64,000 nucleotides of DNA from Actinomycetota bacterium (GCA_030645615.1 JAUSNB010000015.1:35-64034); one strand, 5' to 3'. Shown: positions 44,725 to 60,206, counted from the first letter of the stretch. The notes: generated from the sequence alone by a model not told the origin. Numbers and translations are program-made.

Positions 44725-45663
44725 ATGCTCGAGTGGGTCGCTGGCCTGCTCATGGTCGTCGCCATCAGCATGCAGGTGGCGCGGTTCAGCCGGGCGCCGC
44801 GGCACTCGGTGATCCTCCTCGCCAGCTTCGCGCCCATCTCCTTCGCCCTCGCGGCAGCGGCGGCGGCCCTGCTCGCAACGTCCAGCCACGCGATCCTCGC
44901 CGACGTGAGCGTCGGCATTGCCCTGGCGATGCTGATCGGGCTGGCGGCGGGTTGGCTGGGCCGGCCGACGCTGCCCGCACGCAGGCCCGCCTGCCGCGTC
45001 CTGTCCGCGAACATGTGGGTGGGGAAGGGGGACCCTGCCACGGTCGTCCGGCTGGCTCGCGAGCACGACGTCACGATCGTCGCCCTCCAGGAACTGACGC
45101 CGGAGGCGCTGGAGGGCCTCAAGCGCACGGGGCTCAGCGAGGCGTTCCCTCATGCGGTGGAGGCGCCACGGCCCGACTGGGATGGCGTGGCACTGTTCAG
45201 CCGGGCACCGTTGCGCGACGTCCGGGTGACTCAGGTCGACCACCTGCTGCGGGCCGAGGCCGTGGTGGCCCTGAACCCGGAGGCGCCGGACCTGGATCCC
45301 GTGGCAATCAGCCTGCACATCGAGGCCCCGTGGCCCAAGAAGCCCCAGGAATGGCGGCGCCAGCTCATCGAGCTTCGTGGTGACCTAGAGGGCCGCACGC
45401 GCCCCGTCATCGCCATGGGCGACTACAACGCCACCGCCCACCACGCCTTGTTCCGCGACCTGCTCCGCGGTGGTGGCGTCGATGCGGCCGCCGAAGCGCG
45501 GGCGTGGACGACCCGCACCTTTCCTGGGCTTCGGCGCTGGTCGGCCCTGATCGGCATCGATCACATCGTGCTCAGGGGCCTGACCGCCCGCTCCGTCTCG
45601 ACGCACTGGGTGCCGGGCTCGGACCATCGGGCCGTGGTGGCGAGCCTTAGCTACCCCACGTAG
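44725..45663 (+). CDS. endonuclease/exonuclease/phosphatase (EEP) family membrane protein
   Basis: 3 N-terminal TM segments, then VLSANMWVG...VALQELT...MGDYNAT...IDHIV...GSDHRAV. GGGAGGGGG RBS. Confidence 0.75.
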   Translation: MLEWVAGLLMVVAISMQVARFSRAPRHSVILLASFAPISFALAAAAAALLATSSHAILADVSVGIALAMLIGLAAGWLGRPTLPARRPACRVLSANMWVGKGDPATVVRLAREHDVTIVALQELTPEALEGLKRTGLSEAFPHAVEAPRPDWDGVALFSRAPLRDVRVTQVDHLLRAEAVVALNPEAPDLDPVAISLHIEAPWPKKPQEWRRQLIELRGDLEGRTRPVIAMGDYNATAHHALFRDLLRGGGVDAAAEARAWTTRTFPGLRRWSALIGIDHIVLRGLTARSVSTHWVPGSDHRAVVASLSYPT

Positions 45664-46993
45664 AACCTGTCGACCACGGCAAAGGCCTCGTCGAGGATGG
45701 CCAGGCCCTCCTTCGCCTCCGCCTCGGTGATCGTGCACGGCGGCACGACGTGGTACCGGTTGAAGTTCGTGAACGGCAGTGCGCCGCGCTTCTTGACCTC
45801 GACCATCAGCTCGGCCATGGCGGGCGAGGACCCCCCGTAGGGAGCCAGCGGAGCCCGGGTCTCGCGGTCGGACACCAGGTCCAGTGCCCAGAACACGCCC
45901 AGCCCGCGGATCTCGCCGATGACGGGATGGCGCTCGGCAAGCTCGCGCAGCCCCGGCCCGAGGACGTCCTCGCCGATGCGCGCGGCGTTCTCGACGATGC
46001 CCTCCTCCTTCATGGCGTCGATCGAGGCGACGATCGACGCAGCCGCGAGCGGGTGCCCGGAGTAGGTCAGGCCGCCCGGGAAGACACGCTCGTCGAACGT
46101 GGCCGCGATGGGGTCGCTGATGACCACGCCGCCGACGGGGACGTAGCCGGAGTTCGAGCCCTTGGCGAAGGTGATGAGGTCCGGCACGACGTTGAAGTGC
46201 TCGAAGGCGAACCACGCGCCGGTGCGCCCGAACCCGCACATGACCTCGTCGGCGATGTACATGATCCCGTGCTTGTCGCACAGCGCCCGGACACCCTCGA
46301 GATACCCCGGTGTGGGGACCAGGACGCCAGCCGTGCCGACGACCGTCTCGAGCAGGATTGCAGCGATGGTGGCCGGTCCCTCGAAGGCGATGACCTGCTC
46401 GAGGTGCTGCAGCGCCCGCTCCGTCTCCTGCTCAGGCGAGGTGGACCAGAAGCTGGACCGATAGGGGTAGGGGCCGAAGAAGTGCACCTGGTGCTGGGCG
46501 TACTCGTTGGGCCACCGGCGCGGGTCGCCGGTCGCCTGGATGGCCACGCCGGTATTGCCGTGGTACGAGCGGTAGTAGGACAGCACCTTGTCGCGGCCGG
46601 TGTGGATCCGGGCCATGCGGATGGCGTTCTCCACGGCATCGGCCCCGCCGTTGGTGAAGAAGACCTTGTTCATTCCTTCGGGGGCGAGCCCCGCGATGCG
46701 CATCGCGGCCTCGCCGCGTGCGGCGTTGGCGTGCTGCGGCGCGACGGTGGACAGCAGCGCTGCCTGGTCCTGGATGGCCTTGACCACCTTGGGGTGCTGG
46801 TGCCCGATGTTGACGTTGACCAGCTGCGAGGACAGGTCCAGGTAGCGGTTGCCGTCGAAGTCCCAGACATAGCAGCCCTCGGCGCCCGCGATGACCATCG
46901 GGTTCAGCGCGCCCTGGGCGCTCCACGAGTGGAAGACGTGGGCGCGGTCGAGTTCGTGGACCCGCGTGCCTGCCTGGGGATCTGGGCTGAACG

Positions 46994-46997
<4 letters not shown>
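45651..46997 (-). CDS. class III (omega-type) pyridoxal-phosphate aminotransferase
   Basis: HVFHSWS...GNRYLDLSSQLVNVNIGH...FTNGGADAVENA...IADEVMCGFGRTGAWFA...ITFAKG. AAGGAG RBS. Confidence 0.9.
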
Positions 46998-50367
<3,370 letters not shown>

Positions 50368-50375
<8 letters not shown>

Positions 50376-50769
50376 GCGGGGTCGACGGATCGCAGTCCTC
50401 GATGAAGACGCCGATCCGGTTGACCTCCTCCGACTCGCCGATGGCCTCGGCGGCGCGGCCGAGCGATCGCAGGCACCTCAGGAAACCCTGGTTGGGCTCA
50501 TGCGACCACGGCACGGGGCCGTGACCCTTCCAGCCGTTGCGGCGAAGTGAGTCCAGGCCGCGGTGGTAGCCGACCCGCGCGAAGGCATACGACTCGACGA
50601 CCTTGCCCTCGGCCCACGCCTGGTCGCTCAGGGCCGCCCACCCGAGCGACGACGTGGGGTGCCCGCGCACGACGCTGTCCGGATCTGCCCCGCCGGCCAG
50701 CAGGGCCTCCGCCGGGTCCGTCGGCAGGAAGGTGGGTGGGGGTCCGTCGAACAGGTTCTGCCCGACCAC
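50368..50769 (-). CDS. DUF3151 domain protein
   Basis: LGWAALSDQAW...SYAFARVGYHRGLDSLRRNGWKGHGPVPW...NQGFLRCL. Conserved neighbour of actinobacterial fba. Confidence 0.8.
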
Positions 50770-50770
50770 G

Positions 50771-51793
<1,023 letters not shown>

Positions 51794-51842
51794 CGGTTGC
51801 TCCTGCGTTTCGCGGACGGATGTAAGCGGTCTCATCCTTCCA

Positions 51843-53060
51843 CTAAGACTGGTGCGACCTCAATTCGCGGACGGATCGGGACAGCAGCGTCGCGAGGATC
51901 GCGACGGTTGCCACCGCTGCGGCCACCAGGAAGCTGGTGGTCAGCCCCACGGCCGCCACGAGCGGGCCGGCCAGGGCCAGGCCGATCGGCCCGAACATGA
52001 GGGAGCCCATGGCGTCATAGGCGCTGACCCGGGACAGGGCCTCACGCGGGACATGAGTCTGCAGTGCCGTCATCCACAGGATGAAGAACAGCTCCATCGA
52101 CAGGCCCCAGGCGAAGGCGCCGACCGCCACGACCGGCAGCGGCATGGCGAAGGCCAGCGTGACCAGCCAGGCCGGCAGCACGAGGGTGATGAGCATCCCG
52201 AAGACCATCGGCCGGCGGACCCGCAGGCGGGAGGCCAGCAGGGCGCCGACCAGCAGCCCAGCCGACACCGAGCCGAGGACCACCGCCCAGCCGGCGGCGC
52301 CGCCATACCGCTCGATCGCCAGCACCGGGCCGAGCACCTCCTCGGCCCCCCGGAGCACCATGACGATGAGGCTGAACGCGAGGACCACCACCACGACCCA
52401 GCGGAACGAGGTGAAGACCCGCCAGCCGTGCACGAGATCCCCGAGCATGGTCTCGCCGGACACGTGCGGCTTCGAGACCCGGCGGAAGCTGAACACCAGC
52501 AGGCCGGCGATCAGGAAGGACGCGGCATCGATCGCGATGGCGATGCCGGACCCGAATGCGGCGACGAGCAGGCCGCCGATCGCGCTGCCGACGACGAGGC
52601 CACCGTTGGCGGCCACGCTGATGTAGGCGTTCGCGGGCTGCAGGTGGTCCTCGTTGGTGACGACCTCCGGCACGAGGCCGCTCATGGCCGGCCACCACAG
52701 GCCGTTGAGCACTCCGGCGCAGAACGACAGGATGGCGAGCAGGGGGACCGTGGCGTTCCCCGTCAGGAACAGCGCCGCGCTGGTCGCGACGAACCCGCTC
52801 AGGACGATGTCGGTGACAGCGATGACGCGCGCGCGGCCCATCCGATCGGCGATGACACCGCCGATCGGGAGCATGACGATGAGCGGGATGGCCTGCGCCG
52901 CCAGCACGATGCTCAGCGAGGTCGGCGTCGCCCCCGGCAGGGCGAGCACGCCGAAGGCCAGGGCGATGGGCATGATCCCGTTGCCGATGTTGCTGATGGT
53001 CCGAGCCGCGAACAGGCGCCGGTAGAAGTCGCTCCCCCACAAGGCCCGGGTGTGGCTCAC
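51843..53060 (-). CDS. MFS transporter (EntS/MFS_3-like)
   Basis: 12 TM segments. FYRRLFAARTISNIGNG and GVIADRMGR motifs. GTGA overlap with the upstream stop. Confidence 0.85.
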   Translation of the reverse strand: MSHTRALWGSDFYRRLFAARTISNIGNGIMPIALAFGVLALPGATPTSLSIVLAAQAIPLIVMLPIGGVIADRMGRARVIAVTDIVLSGFVATSAALFLTGNATVPLLAILSFCAGVLNGLWWPAMSGLVPEVVTNEDHLQPANAYISVAANGGLVVGSAIGGLLVAAFGSGIAIAIDAASFLIAGLLVFSFRRVSKPHVSGETMLGDLVHGWRVFTSFRWVVVVVLAFSLIVMVLRGAEEVLGPVLAIERYGGAAGWAVVLGSVSAGLLVGALLASRLRVRRPMVFGMLITLVLPAWLVTLAFAMPLPVVAVGAFAWGLSMELFFILWMTALQTHVPREALSRVSAYDAMGSLMFGPIGLALAGPLVAAVGLTTSFLVAAAVATVAILATLLSRSVRELRSHQS

Positions 53061-53701
53061 CGAGTCACCGGGTCGGGCAACTGGTCGAAGACATGGCGCC
53101 GGACCCACGCGTGCATCGCGATCGCCGCCGCAGCACCGGCGTTGATCGATCGGGTCGAGCCGAACTGGCTGATCGACCACACCTCCTGGCAGTGGCGCTG
53201 TGCCACTGTCGAGAGGCCGTCGCCCTCCTGCCCGAACAGCATGACGCAGCGCTCCGGGATGGATGCCGTCTCGATGGCTGTCGCGCCGGGCACGTTGTCG
53301 ATGCCGACGAGGCCGAGATCCTGCTGCTCGCACCATGCTCCGAGCGAAGCCGCGTCGTCGTGGTGGTGCACGTGCAGGTAGCGATCGGTCACCATGGCCC
53401 CGCGCCGGTTCCAGCGCTTGCGCCCGACAATGTGGACTGCTGCGGCCTGGAAGGCGTTGGCCGTGCGCACGACCGACCCGATGTTGAAGTCGTGGCCGAA
53501 GTTCTCGATGGCCACATGGAAGCCGTGCCGACGCGTGTCGAGGTCCGCGACGATGGCGTCGACCGACCAGTAGCGATAGCCATCGACGACGTTGCGGCGA
53601 TCGCCGTCGCGGAGCAGGTCCGGGTCGAGCCTGGGGTCGTCCGGCCACGGCCCCGGCCACGCGCCCACGCCCACCTCTGGAGGGGTCACGGGCGTATCCA
53701 T
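53057..53701 (-). CDS. TrmH/SpoU family RNA 2'-O-methyltransferase
   Basis: NIGSVVRTANAF, LFGQEGDGLS and ISQFGSTRSINAGAAAAIAMH. Confidence 0.8.
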   Translation of the reverse strand: MDTPVTPPEVGVGAWPGPWPDDPRLDPDLLRDGDRRNVVDGYRYWSVDAIVADLDTRRHGFHVAIENFGHDFNIGSVVRTANAFQAAAVHIVGRKRWNRRGAMVTDRYLHVHHHDDAASLGAWCEQQDLGLVGIDNVPGATAIETASIPERCVMLFGQEGDGLSTVAQRHCQEVWSISQFGSTRSINAGAAAAIAMHAWVRRHVFDQLPDPVTR

Positions 53702-53724
53702 GGCCGCGACGATAGCCTGCAAAG

Positions 53725-54405
53725 GTGGAGATCCTGAGTGCCGCTTCCGCGGCTGCTGCATCTGCTGCCGTGCGGGCCCTCGGCCCTGACTGGCTGAACC
53801 CCGAGACGATGCTGACCAACCTCGGCGACATCGCGTTCTGGGTGGTCCTCGGCATCATCTTCGCCGAGTGCGGCCTGCTGATCGGCTTCTTCCTGCCCGG
53901 TGATTCCCTGCTCTTCCTCACCGGGCTGTTCATTGCCAGCGGCGCGATCAGCATCAACATCTGGCTGGGCGTGACACTGCTCTTCATCGCCGCATTCGTC
54001 GGCAACCTGACCGGCTACTGGATCGGGTACAAGGCGGGGCCAGCGCTGTTCAACAAGCCGGAATCCAAGATCTTCCGCCAGGAGTACGTCGACAAGACGA
54101 ATCACTTCTTCAACCGCTACGGCGGCCGGGCCATCATCATGGCCCGCTTCGTGCCGATCGTGCGCACCTTCATCACGGCCGTGGCCGGCATCGGCAGGAT
54201 GGACTTCGGCAGGTACGCGCTGTTCAGCGCCATAGGCGCCCTGCTGTGGGCGGTGGGCGTCACGCTCGCCGGGTACTTCCTCGGCAACATCCCGTTCGTC
54301 GAGCAGAACATCGAGTTGATCCTGATCCTCGTGGTCTTCGTGAGCATCGTCCCGATGATCTTCGAGTTCGTTCGGCATCGCCGGCAGCGGGCGGGCCTGG
54401 AGTAG
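53725..54405 (+). CDS. DedA family (VTT domain) membrane protein
   Basis: FAECGLLIGFFLPGDSLLFLTG...GRAIIMARFVPIVRTF. Start uncertain. Confidence 0.85.
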   Translation: MEILSAASAAAASAAVRALGPDWLNPETMLTNLGDIAFWVVLGIIFAECGLLIGFFLPGDSLLFLTGLFIASGAISINIWLGVTLLFIAAFVGNLTGYWIGYKAGPALFNKPESKIFRQEYVDKTNHFFNRYGGRAIIMARFVPIVRTFITAVAGIGRMDFGRYALFSAIGALLWAVGVTLAGYFLGNIPFVEQNIELILILVVFVSIVPMIFEFVRHRRQRAGLE

Positions 54406-54440
54406 TCGGCGGACGGCCCGACCGTGCTGTACTCGAACGC

Positions 54441-55709
54441 ATGCGCGCCCTCGCCCTCGCCTTCGCGCTTGTCGCGTTATCTGCGGTCGGTATGGGGACG
54501 CCGGGCGCCGGCGCTGCGACCATCGCCGCGGATCGGGCCCTCCTGTCCTCGGCTGCCGCCGGCAGCACCTCCGGCGTGCGGGATGCCCTTCGCGCCGGGG
54601 CGAGCGTCGCGGCGACCGACAGCGCCGGCTCGACGGCGCTCATCCTCGCCGCGTACGGCAACCATCTGGCTGTGGCACGGCAGTTGATCGGTGCCGGCAG
54701 CGATGTGAACCAGCAGAATCGGCGCCGGGAGAGCGCCTTCCTCATCGCCACCAGCGAGGTGGGGGACGACCCGCGACTGCTCGGGCTCACGCTGGCCGCT
54801 GGAGCCAGGGTGCAGGCACGGGACTCCTTCGACGGCACCGGGCTGATCCGCGCTGCCGAGCGCGGGTTCCCTGTCATCGTCGCCCGACTCATCGAGGCGG
54901 GTGTCGAGGTGGACCACGTGAACAACCTCGGCTGGACCGCGCTGCACGAGGCGATCGTCCTCGGCTCGGGGGGCAATGCCCATACGGAAGTGGTGCGCCT
55001 CCTGGTCGGCGCCGGGGCCGACGTGATGCTTCCGTCGCAGCGTGACGGAGTGCGGCCGTTGGAGCATGCCGAGCGGCTTGGGCACGATCGCATCGCCCGC
55101 ATCCTTCGTCGAGCGGCCGTCGGATTGACGCCGACCGACCGACTGCTGGCCGCTGCCTCACGCGGCAGCGTGGTGGCCGCCCGGACGGCGCTCCAGGACG
55201 GAGCTGCGCTGGAGGCTCGCGACGACGAGGGCAGGACGGCGCTGCTCCTCGCTGCGCTGGAGGATCGCGTCGACGTCGCGCGAATGCTCGTCACCCGCGG
55301 AGCCGACGTCAACGCCTACGACGAGCGGCGGGACACCCCATTCCTCGTCACCGGGGTGACCGGGAGCGTGAGCATGCTCGAGGCCTTGCTGCCGGGCGGT
55401 CCCGACACCCGCTTGACCAACCGCTTCGGCGGTGTCGCCGTCATCCCGGCGTCGGAACGGGGGCACGTCGCTTACGTCCGCGAGGTCCTCGAGCGGACGG
55501 ACATGGACGTCAACCACGTGAACGATCTCGGTTGGACCGCGCTGCTCGAGGCTGTGCTCCTCGGCGACGGCAGCGCGCGCTACGCGCGCGTGGTGAAGGT
55601 GCTCCTCGGCCACGGGGCCGATCCCGCGATCAGCGACGCGGACGGCGTGACTCCCCTGGCGCATGCCGAGCGGCGCGGGCACGAGCGCATCGCCCGGCTC
55701 CTTCGGTGA
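54441..55709 (+). CDS. secreted ankyrin-repeat protein
   Basis: Signal peptide MRALALAFALVALSAVGMGTPGAGAA. About 10-12 ANK units, e.g. GSTALILAAYGNHLAVARQLIGAGSDVN and GWTALHEAIVLG...VVRLLVGAGADV. Confidence 0.8.
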   Translation: MRALALAFALVALSAVGMGTPGAGAATIAADRALLSSAAAGSTSGVRDALRAGASVAATDSAGSTALILAAYGNHLAVARQLIGAGSDVNQQNRRRESAFLIATSEVGDDPRLLGLTLAAGARVQARDSFDGTGLIRAAERGFPVIVARLIEAGVEVDHVNNLGWTALHEAIVLGSGGNAHTEVVRLLVGAGADVMLPSQRDGVRPLEHAERLGHDRIARILRRAAVGLTPTDRLLAAASRGSVVAARTALQDGAALEARDDEGRTALLLAALEDRVDVARMLVTRGADVNAYDERRDTPFLVTGVTGSVSMLEALLPGGPDTRLTNRFGGVAVIPASERGHVAYVREVLERTDMDVNHVNDLGWTALLEAVLLGDGSARYARVVKVLLGHGADPAISDADGVTPLAHAERRGHERIARLLR

Positions 55710-55713
55710 CGGA

Positions 55714-56256
55714 CTACTCCAAGCCGAGGTCAGCGAGGGCGAAGGCCGAACGGTAGGCCAGTCCGCGCTGCTCCACGGTCGGCCCGGCTCCCCGGTCGAC
55801 GATGACCGCGACGCCCGCGATGCGGGCCCCCTCGGCGACCAGGGCGTCGACCGCCATGAGCACGGACGAGCCGGTCGTGGACGTGTCCTCAACCGCCAGG
55901 ACAGAGCGGCCAGAGACACCGGGTCCCTCGATCCGGCGCTGGAGCCCGTGCTGCTTCTCGGACTTGCGCACGACGAAGGCGTCGAGCGAGCGTCCCGTCG
56001 CCGCTGCTGCGTGCAGCATGGCCATGGCGACCGGGTCCGCGCCGAGGGTCAGCCCGCCAACGGCCTGGTACTCCCAGTCCTGGGTCAGCTCGAGCATGAC
56101 CTGGCCGACCAGGGGCGCCGCCGTGGCGTCGAGCGTCACCCGGCGCAGGTCGACGTAGTAGTCGGCCTCGCGGCCGCTGGACAGCACCACCTTCCCGCGC
56201 ACGACCGCCTTCTCGACGATCTGGTCGCGCAGGTCCTTCCAGGCTTGGCTCGGCAT
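55714..56256 (-). CDS. pyrE: orotate phosphoribosyltransferase
   Basis: GKVVLSSGREADYYVD; PRPP loop VLAVEDTSTTGSS. Confidence 0.95.
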   Translation of the reverse strand: MPSQAWKDLRDQIVEKAVVRGKVVLSSGREADYYVDLRRVTLDATAAPLVGQVMLELTQDWEYQAVGGLTLGADPVAMAMLHAAAATGRSLDAFVVRKSEKQHGLQRRIEGPGVSGRSVLAVEDTSTTGSSVLMAVDALVAEGARIAGVAVIVDRGAGPTVEQRGLAYRSAFALADLGLE

Positions 56257-56278
56257 GGCCGAAGCCTAGGCTCCACGC

Positions 56279-56707
56279 ATGGACGAGGGCACGGTGGTCG
56301 TCGTCGCTGCAGGCGCCGCGCGCAGCAGCGCCGTGATGAAGGCACTCGACGCCGCCGGCGTGGGGTCCCGCCTCGCCGTCCCGCTCAGCGGTCCCTCCGC
56401 GACTCTCTCCTCGCGCACCTGCGCAGCGATCTCAGCGCTGGCCCCGGCCTCGCCGCTGGTCATCGTCGCCTTCGGGTCCGACGCTCTCCTGCTGCCCGCC
56501 GTCGCCCTGGCCCAGCGGGCGGCGCATCGGCGGGTGGTCGGCTACCTGCTCGTCGAGCCTGCCCTGCCGCCCGGCAGCGACACATGGCCGGATGCGCCCG
56601 TCACGGTGCTCGACGACTCCCCTGACCCCCAGGTCCGCCTGCGCGGGTGGACGTCGCTGCCCCTGTCGGCCGCCGGCCAGTGGCTGGCAGCCGGCGCAAC
56701 CGGCTAG
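56279..56707 (+). CDS. hypothetical protein
   Basis: 142 aa with high GC3. No motif recognised; a vague alpha/beta-fold pattern (VVVVAAG...LVIVAFGSDA). Confidence 0.45.
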   Translation: MDEGTVVVVAAGAARSSAVMKALDAAGVGSRLAVPLSGPSATLSSRTCAAISALAPASPLVIVAFGSDALLLPAVALAQRAAHRRVVGYLLVEPALPPGSDTWPDAPVTVLDDSPDPQVRLRGWTSLPLSAAGQWLAAGATG

Positions 56708-57483
56708 TCCCGGGCGAACCGAGGGTTGCGGCGGCGCGACGCGGTGGCCAGGCGCACGACGGACCTGGGGGCGTGGCGCAGGATGCCCGAGATCGCCTTG
56801 TACTGGGGACCGGCCACGCTCACCGGCCTGCCGCGGGCGAGGTCGCGCATCGCCTGGTCGACCACGCGCGGGACGTCCAGCCACATCCACTCAGGCAACG
56901 TAGACATGTCGATGCCCGCCCGCTCGTGGAACTGGGTGTGGGTGAAGCCCGGGCACACGGCCACCACCCGCACGCCCGTCCCGCCCACTTCCTGGGCCAG
57001 TCCTTCGCTGAAGCTCGTGACCCAGGCCTTGGCGGCCGAGTAGGTGCCGCCGGTGACCCACGCGGCGACGCTGCTCACGTTGATCACCATGCCGGATCGA
57101 CGCTCGACCATGCCGGGGACGGCTGCGTGCGTCAGTCTCATGACGGCGACCACCAGTACGTCGAGCATCCGCTGCTCGTCGTCCACGTCGGCGGCGAGGA
57201 ACGCTGCGTTCAGGCCGAAGCCGGCGTTGTTGACCAGGGCCGACACCGGACGGGACGGATCGGCGGCCCGCGCAGCGACGCGGTCGACGTCGGCACGCAC
57301 CGCGAGGTCGGCCGGCAGCACCTCGCACCGGACGCCATGGCGCTGGAAGCACTCGTCCGACAGGGCTGTCAGCCGCTCCTCGTCACGGGCGACCAGCACG
57401 AGGTCGAAGCCGCGGCGAGCGAACTCGTCGACGAAGCCGCGTCCGATGCCGGCCGTGGCGCCGGTGATCAGGGCGGTGGGCAT
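56704..57483 (-). CDS. SDR family oxidoreductase
   Basis: [15 protein letters not shown] and YSAAKAW. Confidence 0.85.
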   Translation of the reverse strand: MPTALITGATAGIGRGFVDEFARRGFDLVLVARDEERLTALSDECFQRHGVRCEVLPADLAVRADVDRVAARAADPSRPVSALVNNAGFGLNAAFLAADVDDEQRMLDVLVVAVMRLTHAAVPGMVERRSGMVINVSSVAAWVTGGTYSAAKAWVTSFSEGLAQEVGGTGVRVVAVCPGFTHTQFHERAGIDMSTLPEWMWLDVPRVVDQAMRDLARGRPVSVAGPQYKAISGILRHAPRSVVRLATASRRRNPRFARD

Positions 57484-57514
57484 GGGTCCTCCGAGCTCGG
57501 GTGGAAACGACCAA

Positions 57515-57527
57515 ACGTGGCCCACGT
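57515..57527. promoter_or_regulatory. 13-bp perfect palindrome in a divergent promoter region
   Basis: ACGTGG-C-CCACGT, between the SDR start (57483) and the protease start (57564). Confidence 0.3.
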
Positions 57528-57563
57528 GTGGTTATCGGGGCCAACTCAACGTACCGTGGGCGC

Positions 57564-59045
57564 GTGACTCGACGCCGCCCTGCGCTCCTCGTGGCCGTGA
57601 GTGCCCTGATCGTGGCGCTCACCGGCCTTGCCCTGCCCACCTCCGCTGGTGCTGCCACGGCCGGGCAACCCGGGTCGACGCCGCGCGTCATCAACGGCGA
57701 CCTGAGCACGGCTGGCCAGTTCCCGTACCTCGTCGCCCTGCTCAGTGCCAATCGCTACGCCAGCGAGGGGGCTTTCGAGGCCCAGTTCTGCGGCGGCACG
57801 CTGACAACCCCGACGACCGTCGTGACCGCTGCGCACTGCGTGGTCGACAAGGGGGCCGTCGCCGGCCCGCGCACGATCCTCATCGGGATCGGACGGGACC
57901 TGAGTGCGCAGAGCCTTCGCGTGGTCGAGGTCGCGGCCGTGACGGCCAACCCGGCCTATAACGACGATTCGGCGGCCAACGATGTCGCCGTCCTCACGTT
58001 GGCGGCTCCGGTTACCGACGTGCCTTCGCTGCTGCCCATCTCGCCGGCGGAAGCAGCGAGCGGGCTCTCCGCCGGCACCGCTCTCCAGGTCGCCGGCTGG
58101 GGCAACATGTCCACCACTGGCAAGGATTTCCCGGCCGTCTTCCGGGTCGGCAACCTCGTGCTCTTCCCCGACTCGACGTGCGGTGGTGGGGCCTCGTACA
58201 CGTACAACGGGGTCAAGTTCGACGGGTTCGATGTCGGCGACGCCGACCCCGCGACCATGCTGTGCGCAGCCGGCGTCGGTGGCGCAGGGCAGCGCATCGA
58301 CTCCTGCCAGGGCGACTCCGGCGGTCCGGTCGTGGCCACCGTCGCAGGCGCCGCACGGCTCATCGGCATCGTCAGCTGGGGCGAGGAGTGCGCGAGCCGC
58401 TTCCCCGGCGTCTACACCCGGGTCTCCGCGGAGTACGACTTCCTGGTGGCCAATGGCGCGATCGTGGCACTGGCACCATCACAGCCGCCGACGATCACCG
58501 TCGCCTCGGAGGCCTCCGCCCTCAAGGTGACCTTCGTGCCGGCCAGCGATGGCAGCAGCCCCACGGCCTTCGCGGCCACCGCGCTTGACCCCGTCACCGG
58601 GCAGGTCTTCAACTGCTCCACCGCGTCCTCAGTGACGGCAGCGCCGGCGTCCTGCTCGATTGCGGGCCTGACGAACGGCACTGCCTACCAGGTGACGGCG
58701 ATCGCGGGCGGTGCCCTCGGCAACTCCCCGGCCACCGCGCCGGTCATCGCATCCCCCGTCCCGCTGGCCACCGCGGGGACGATCAGCAGGGTCGTCAACC
58801 TCGGCCGGGGGGTCGCCCGGTTCTTCGTCACGGCGACTGCCGACAACGGTGCCCCACTGACGGCACTGCGAGTGGTCTGCCAGGTCCCCGGCCGCAACGC
58901 GGGCACACGCTCGGCCGACATCACCGGGGAGTCCGCCACGGTCACCGGCCTGCGGGCCAAGCGCTACCGCTGCTACGTGCAGGCGATCAACGCTGCCGGG
59001 GTCTCGAACGGGCAAGCGATAGCGGTCAAGCTCAAGCGCCGGTAG
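57564..59045 (+). CDS. secreted trypsin-like (S1) serine protease with two C-terminal FN3-like domains
   Basis: Signal peptide; RVINGD; catalytic triad TAAHC, NDVAVL and [11 protein letters not shown]3-like [12 protein letters not shown] and [12 protein letters not shown]. Confidence 0.85.
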   Translation: MTRRRPALLVAVSALIVALTGLALPTSAGAATAGQPGSTPRVINGDLSTAGQFPYLVALLSANRYASEGAFEAQFCGGTLTTPTTVVTAAHCVVDKGAVAGPRTILIGIGRDLSAQSLRVVEVAAVTANPAYNDDSAANDVAVLTLAAPVTDVPSLLPISPAEAASGLSAGTALQVAGWGNMSTTGKDFPAVFRVGNLVLFPDSTCGGGASYTYNGVKFDGFDVGDADPATMLCAAGVGGAGQRIDSCQGDSGGPVVATVAGAARLIGIVSWGEECASRFPGVYTRVSAEYDFLVANGAIVALAPSQPPTITVASEASALKVTFVPASDGSSPTAFAATALDPVTGQVFNCSTASSVTAAPASCSIAGLTNGTAYQVTAIAGGALGNSPATAPVIASPVPLATAGTISRVVNLGRGVARFFVTATADNGAPLTALRVVCQVPGRNAGTRSADITGESATVTGLRAKRYRCYVQAINAAGVSNGQAIAVKLKRR

Positions 59046-60147
59046 CCCGTCTGACCATGAGGGCGAGCATCGCAGACCGACTGGGGCCGGTCTGCGCCTG
59101 CACTTGCAGGAACATTGCCTCGCGCACCCGCCGCTCCGTGGGATGCCCGGAGCGCATCGCCGACCCCGCGCGGGCAACGACCGCGGCGGTCGTCGTGCGC
59201 ACGACGAGGTCCAGCGACCGCGCACGCCAGGTCAGGCGATCCGCAACGACGCCGTCGTCCATGGCCGCGTAGGCACGGCCCCGCACCATGCGGCATTCCT
59301 CGACCAGGGCCATCGCCAGGCCGAGGAGATCGTCGTCGCCTCTCTGCACGGCCAGGGACTCAAGATCGGCAATCGCCCCGCGTGCCACCCCGAAGGCCGA
59401 TGGGCTGGCACTGGCTGCTGTCTGGGCGTCCGCGGCGAGCCAGGCATCACGGTCCAGGACCGCGCCAACCCTCGAATCGGGTACGACCACTCCGTCAAGG
59501 CGCACCGGGCGGGTATGGGTGCCGGACATCGCCAGCAGCCGCAGCGGCTCGCCGGGCCGGACGCCGGTAAGGGCGCCGTCCGCCCTTCCGGCAGGCAGGT
59601 AGCCGCACACCAGGCGACCGGTGTCGTCGCCGGCACCCTGGGCCATCACCATCACGACGTCCGCGATGTCCCACGACGTGACCCAGTCCAGGGATCCCTC
59701 CAGCCGCCAGCCGCCGGCGATGCGCGTGGCGAGGGGGTTCGCCGGCCCAGGCCTGCGGACATGGGCAAAGGCCACCGCCGCCAGCAGCGCCCCCGAGCGC
59801 AGTCCCGGCAGGAGTGCCGACTGCAGGGCCGCCCGGCCGGGTCCGTCGCCGTCGCCCGACAGGACCCGCAACGGCGTCTGGTGCTGCGCCCAGCAGAACC
59901 AGGTCGAGGCATCGCTCCCGGCGATGAGCTCGGCAAGCTCGCGCTGGGCGGAGGCAGGCTCGAGCGCTGCTCCGTGCAGGCCGGCCATTGCCAAGGCCTC
60001 GATCGTCGAGCGGGGAACCCCGAGGGCATCCGCATCCTCCGCCCCCGTGGCGACGACGTCGGCGATCACGTCGACGTTCGGGATCACGACCGCCGGGTCG
60101 GCAGGTCCCACGGGGTCGCGGAGCGGAAAGGCGTCGTGGTCGGGCAC
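59032..60147 (-). CDS. acyl-CoA dehydrogenase family protein
   Basis: WFCWAQHQ...[15 protein letters not shown]...C-terminal four-helix region. Family-level call only. Confidence 0.65.
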   Translation of the reverse strand: MPDHDAFPLRDPVGPADPAVVIPNVDVIADVVATGAEDADALGVPRSTIEALAMAGLHGAALEPASAQRELAELIAGSDASTWFCWAQHQTPLRVLSGDGDGPGRAALQSALLPGLRSGALLAAVAFAHVRRPGPANPLATRIAGGWRLEGSLDWVTSWDIADVVMVMAQGAGDDTGRLVCGYLPAGRADGALTGVRPGEPLRLLAMSGTHTRPVRLDGVVVPDSRVGAVLDRDAWLAADAQTAASASPSAFGVARGAIADLESLAVQRGDDDLLGLAMALVEECRMVRGRAYAAMDDGVVADRLTWRARSLDLVVRTTTAAVVARAGSAMRSGHPTERRVREAMFLQVQAQTGPSRSAMLALMVRRATGA

Positions 60148-60160
60148 GTCGTCACGGTAC

Positions 60161-60183
60161 CGAGCGGGCGTCCGGCCCGCTCG
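60161..60183. promoter_or_regulatory. 9-bp-arm inverted repeat in a divergent promoter region
   Basis: CGAGCGGGC-gtccg-GCCCGCTCG, between the ACAD-like start (60147) and the aminotransferase start (60207). Confidence 0.35.
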
Positions 60184-60206
60184 ACGTGCCGACTACGGTG
60201 CTGCCC

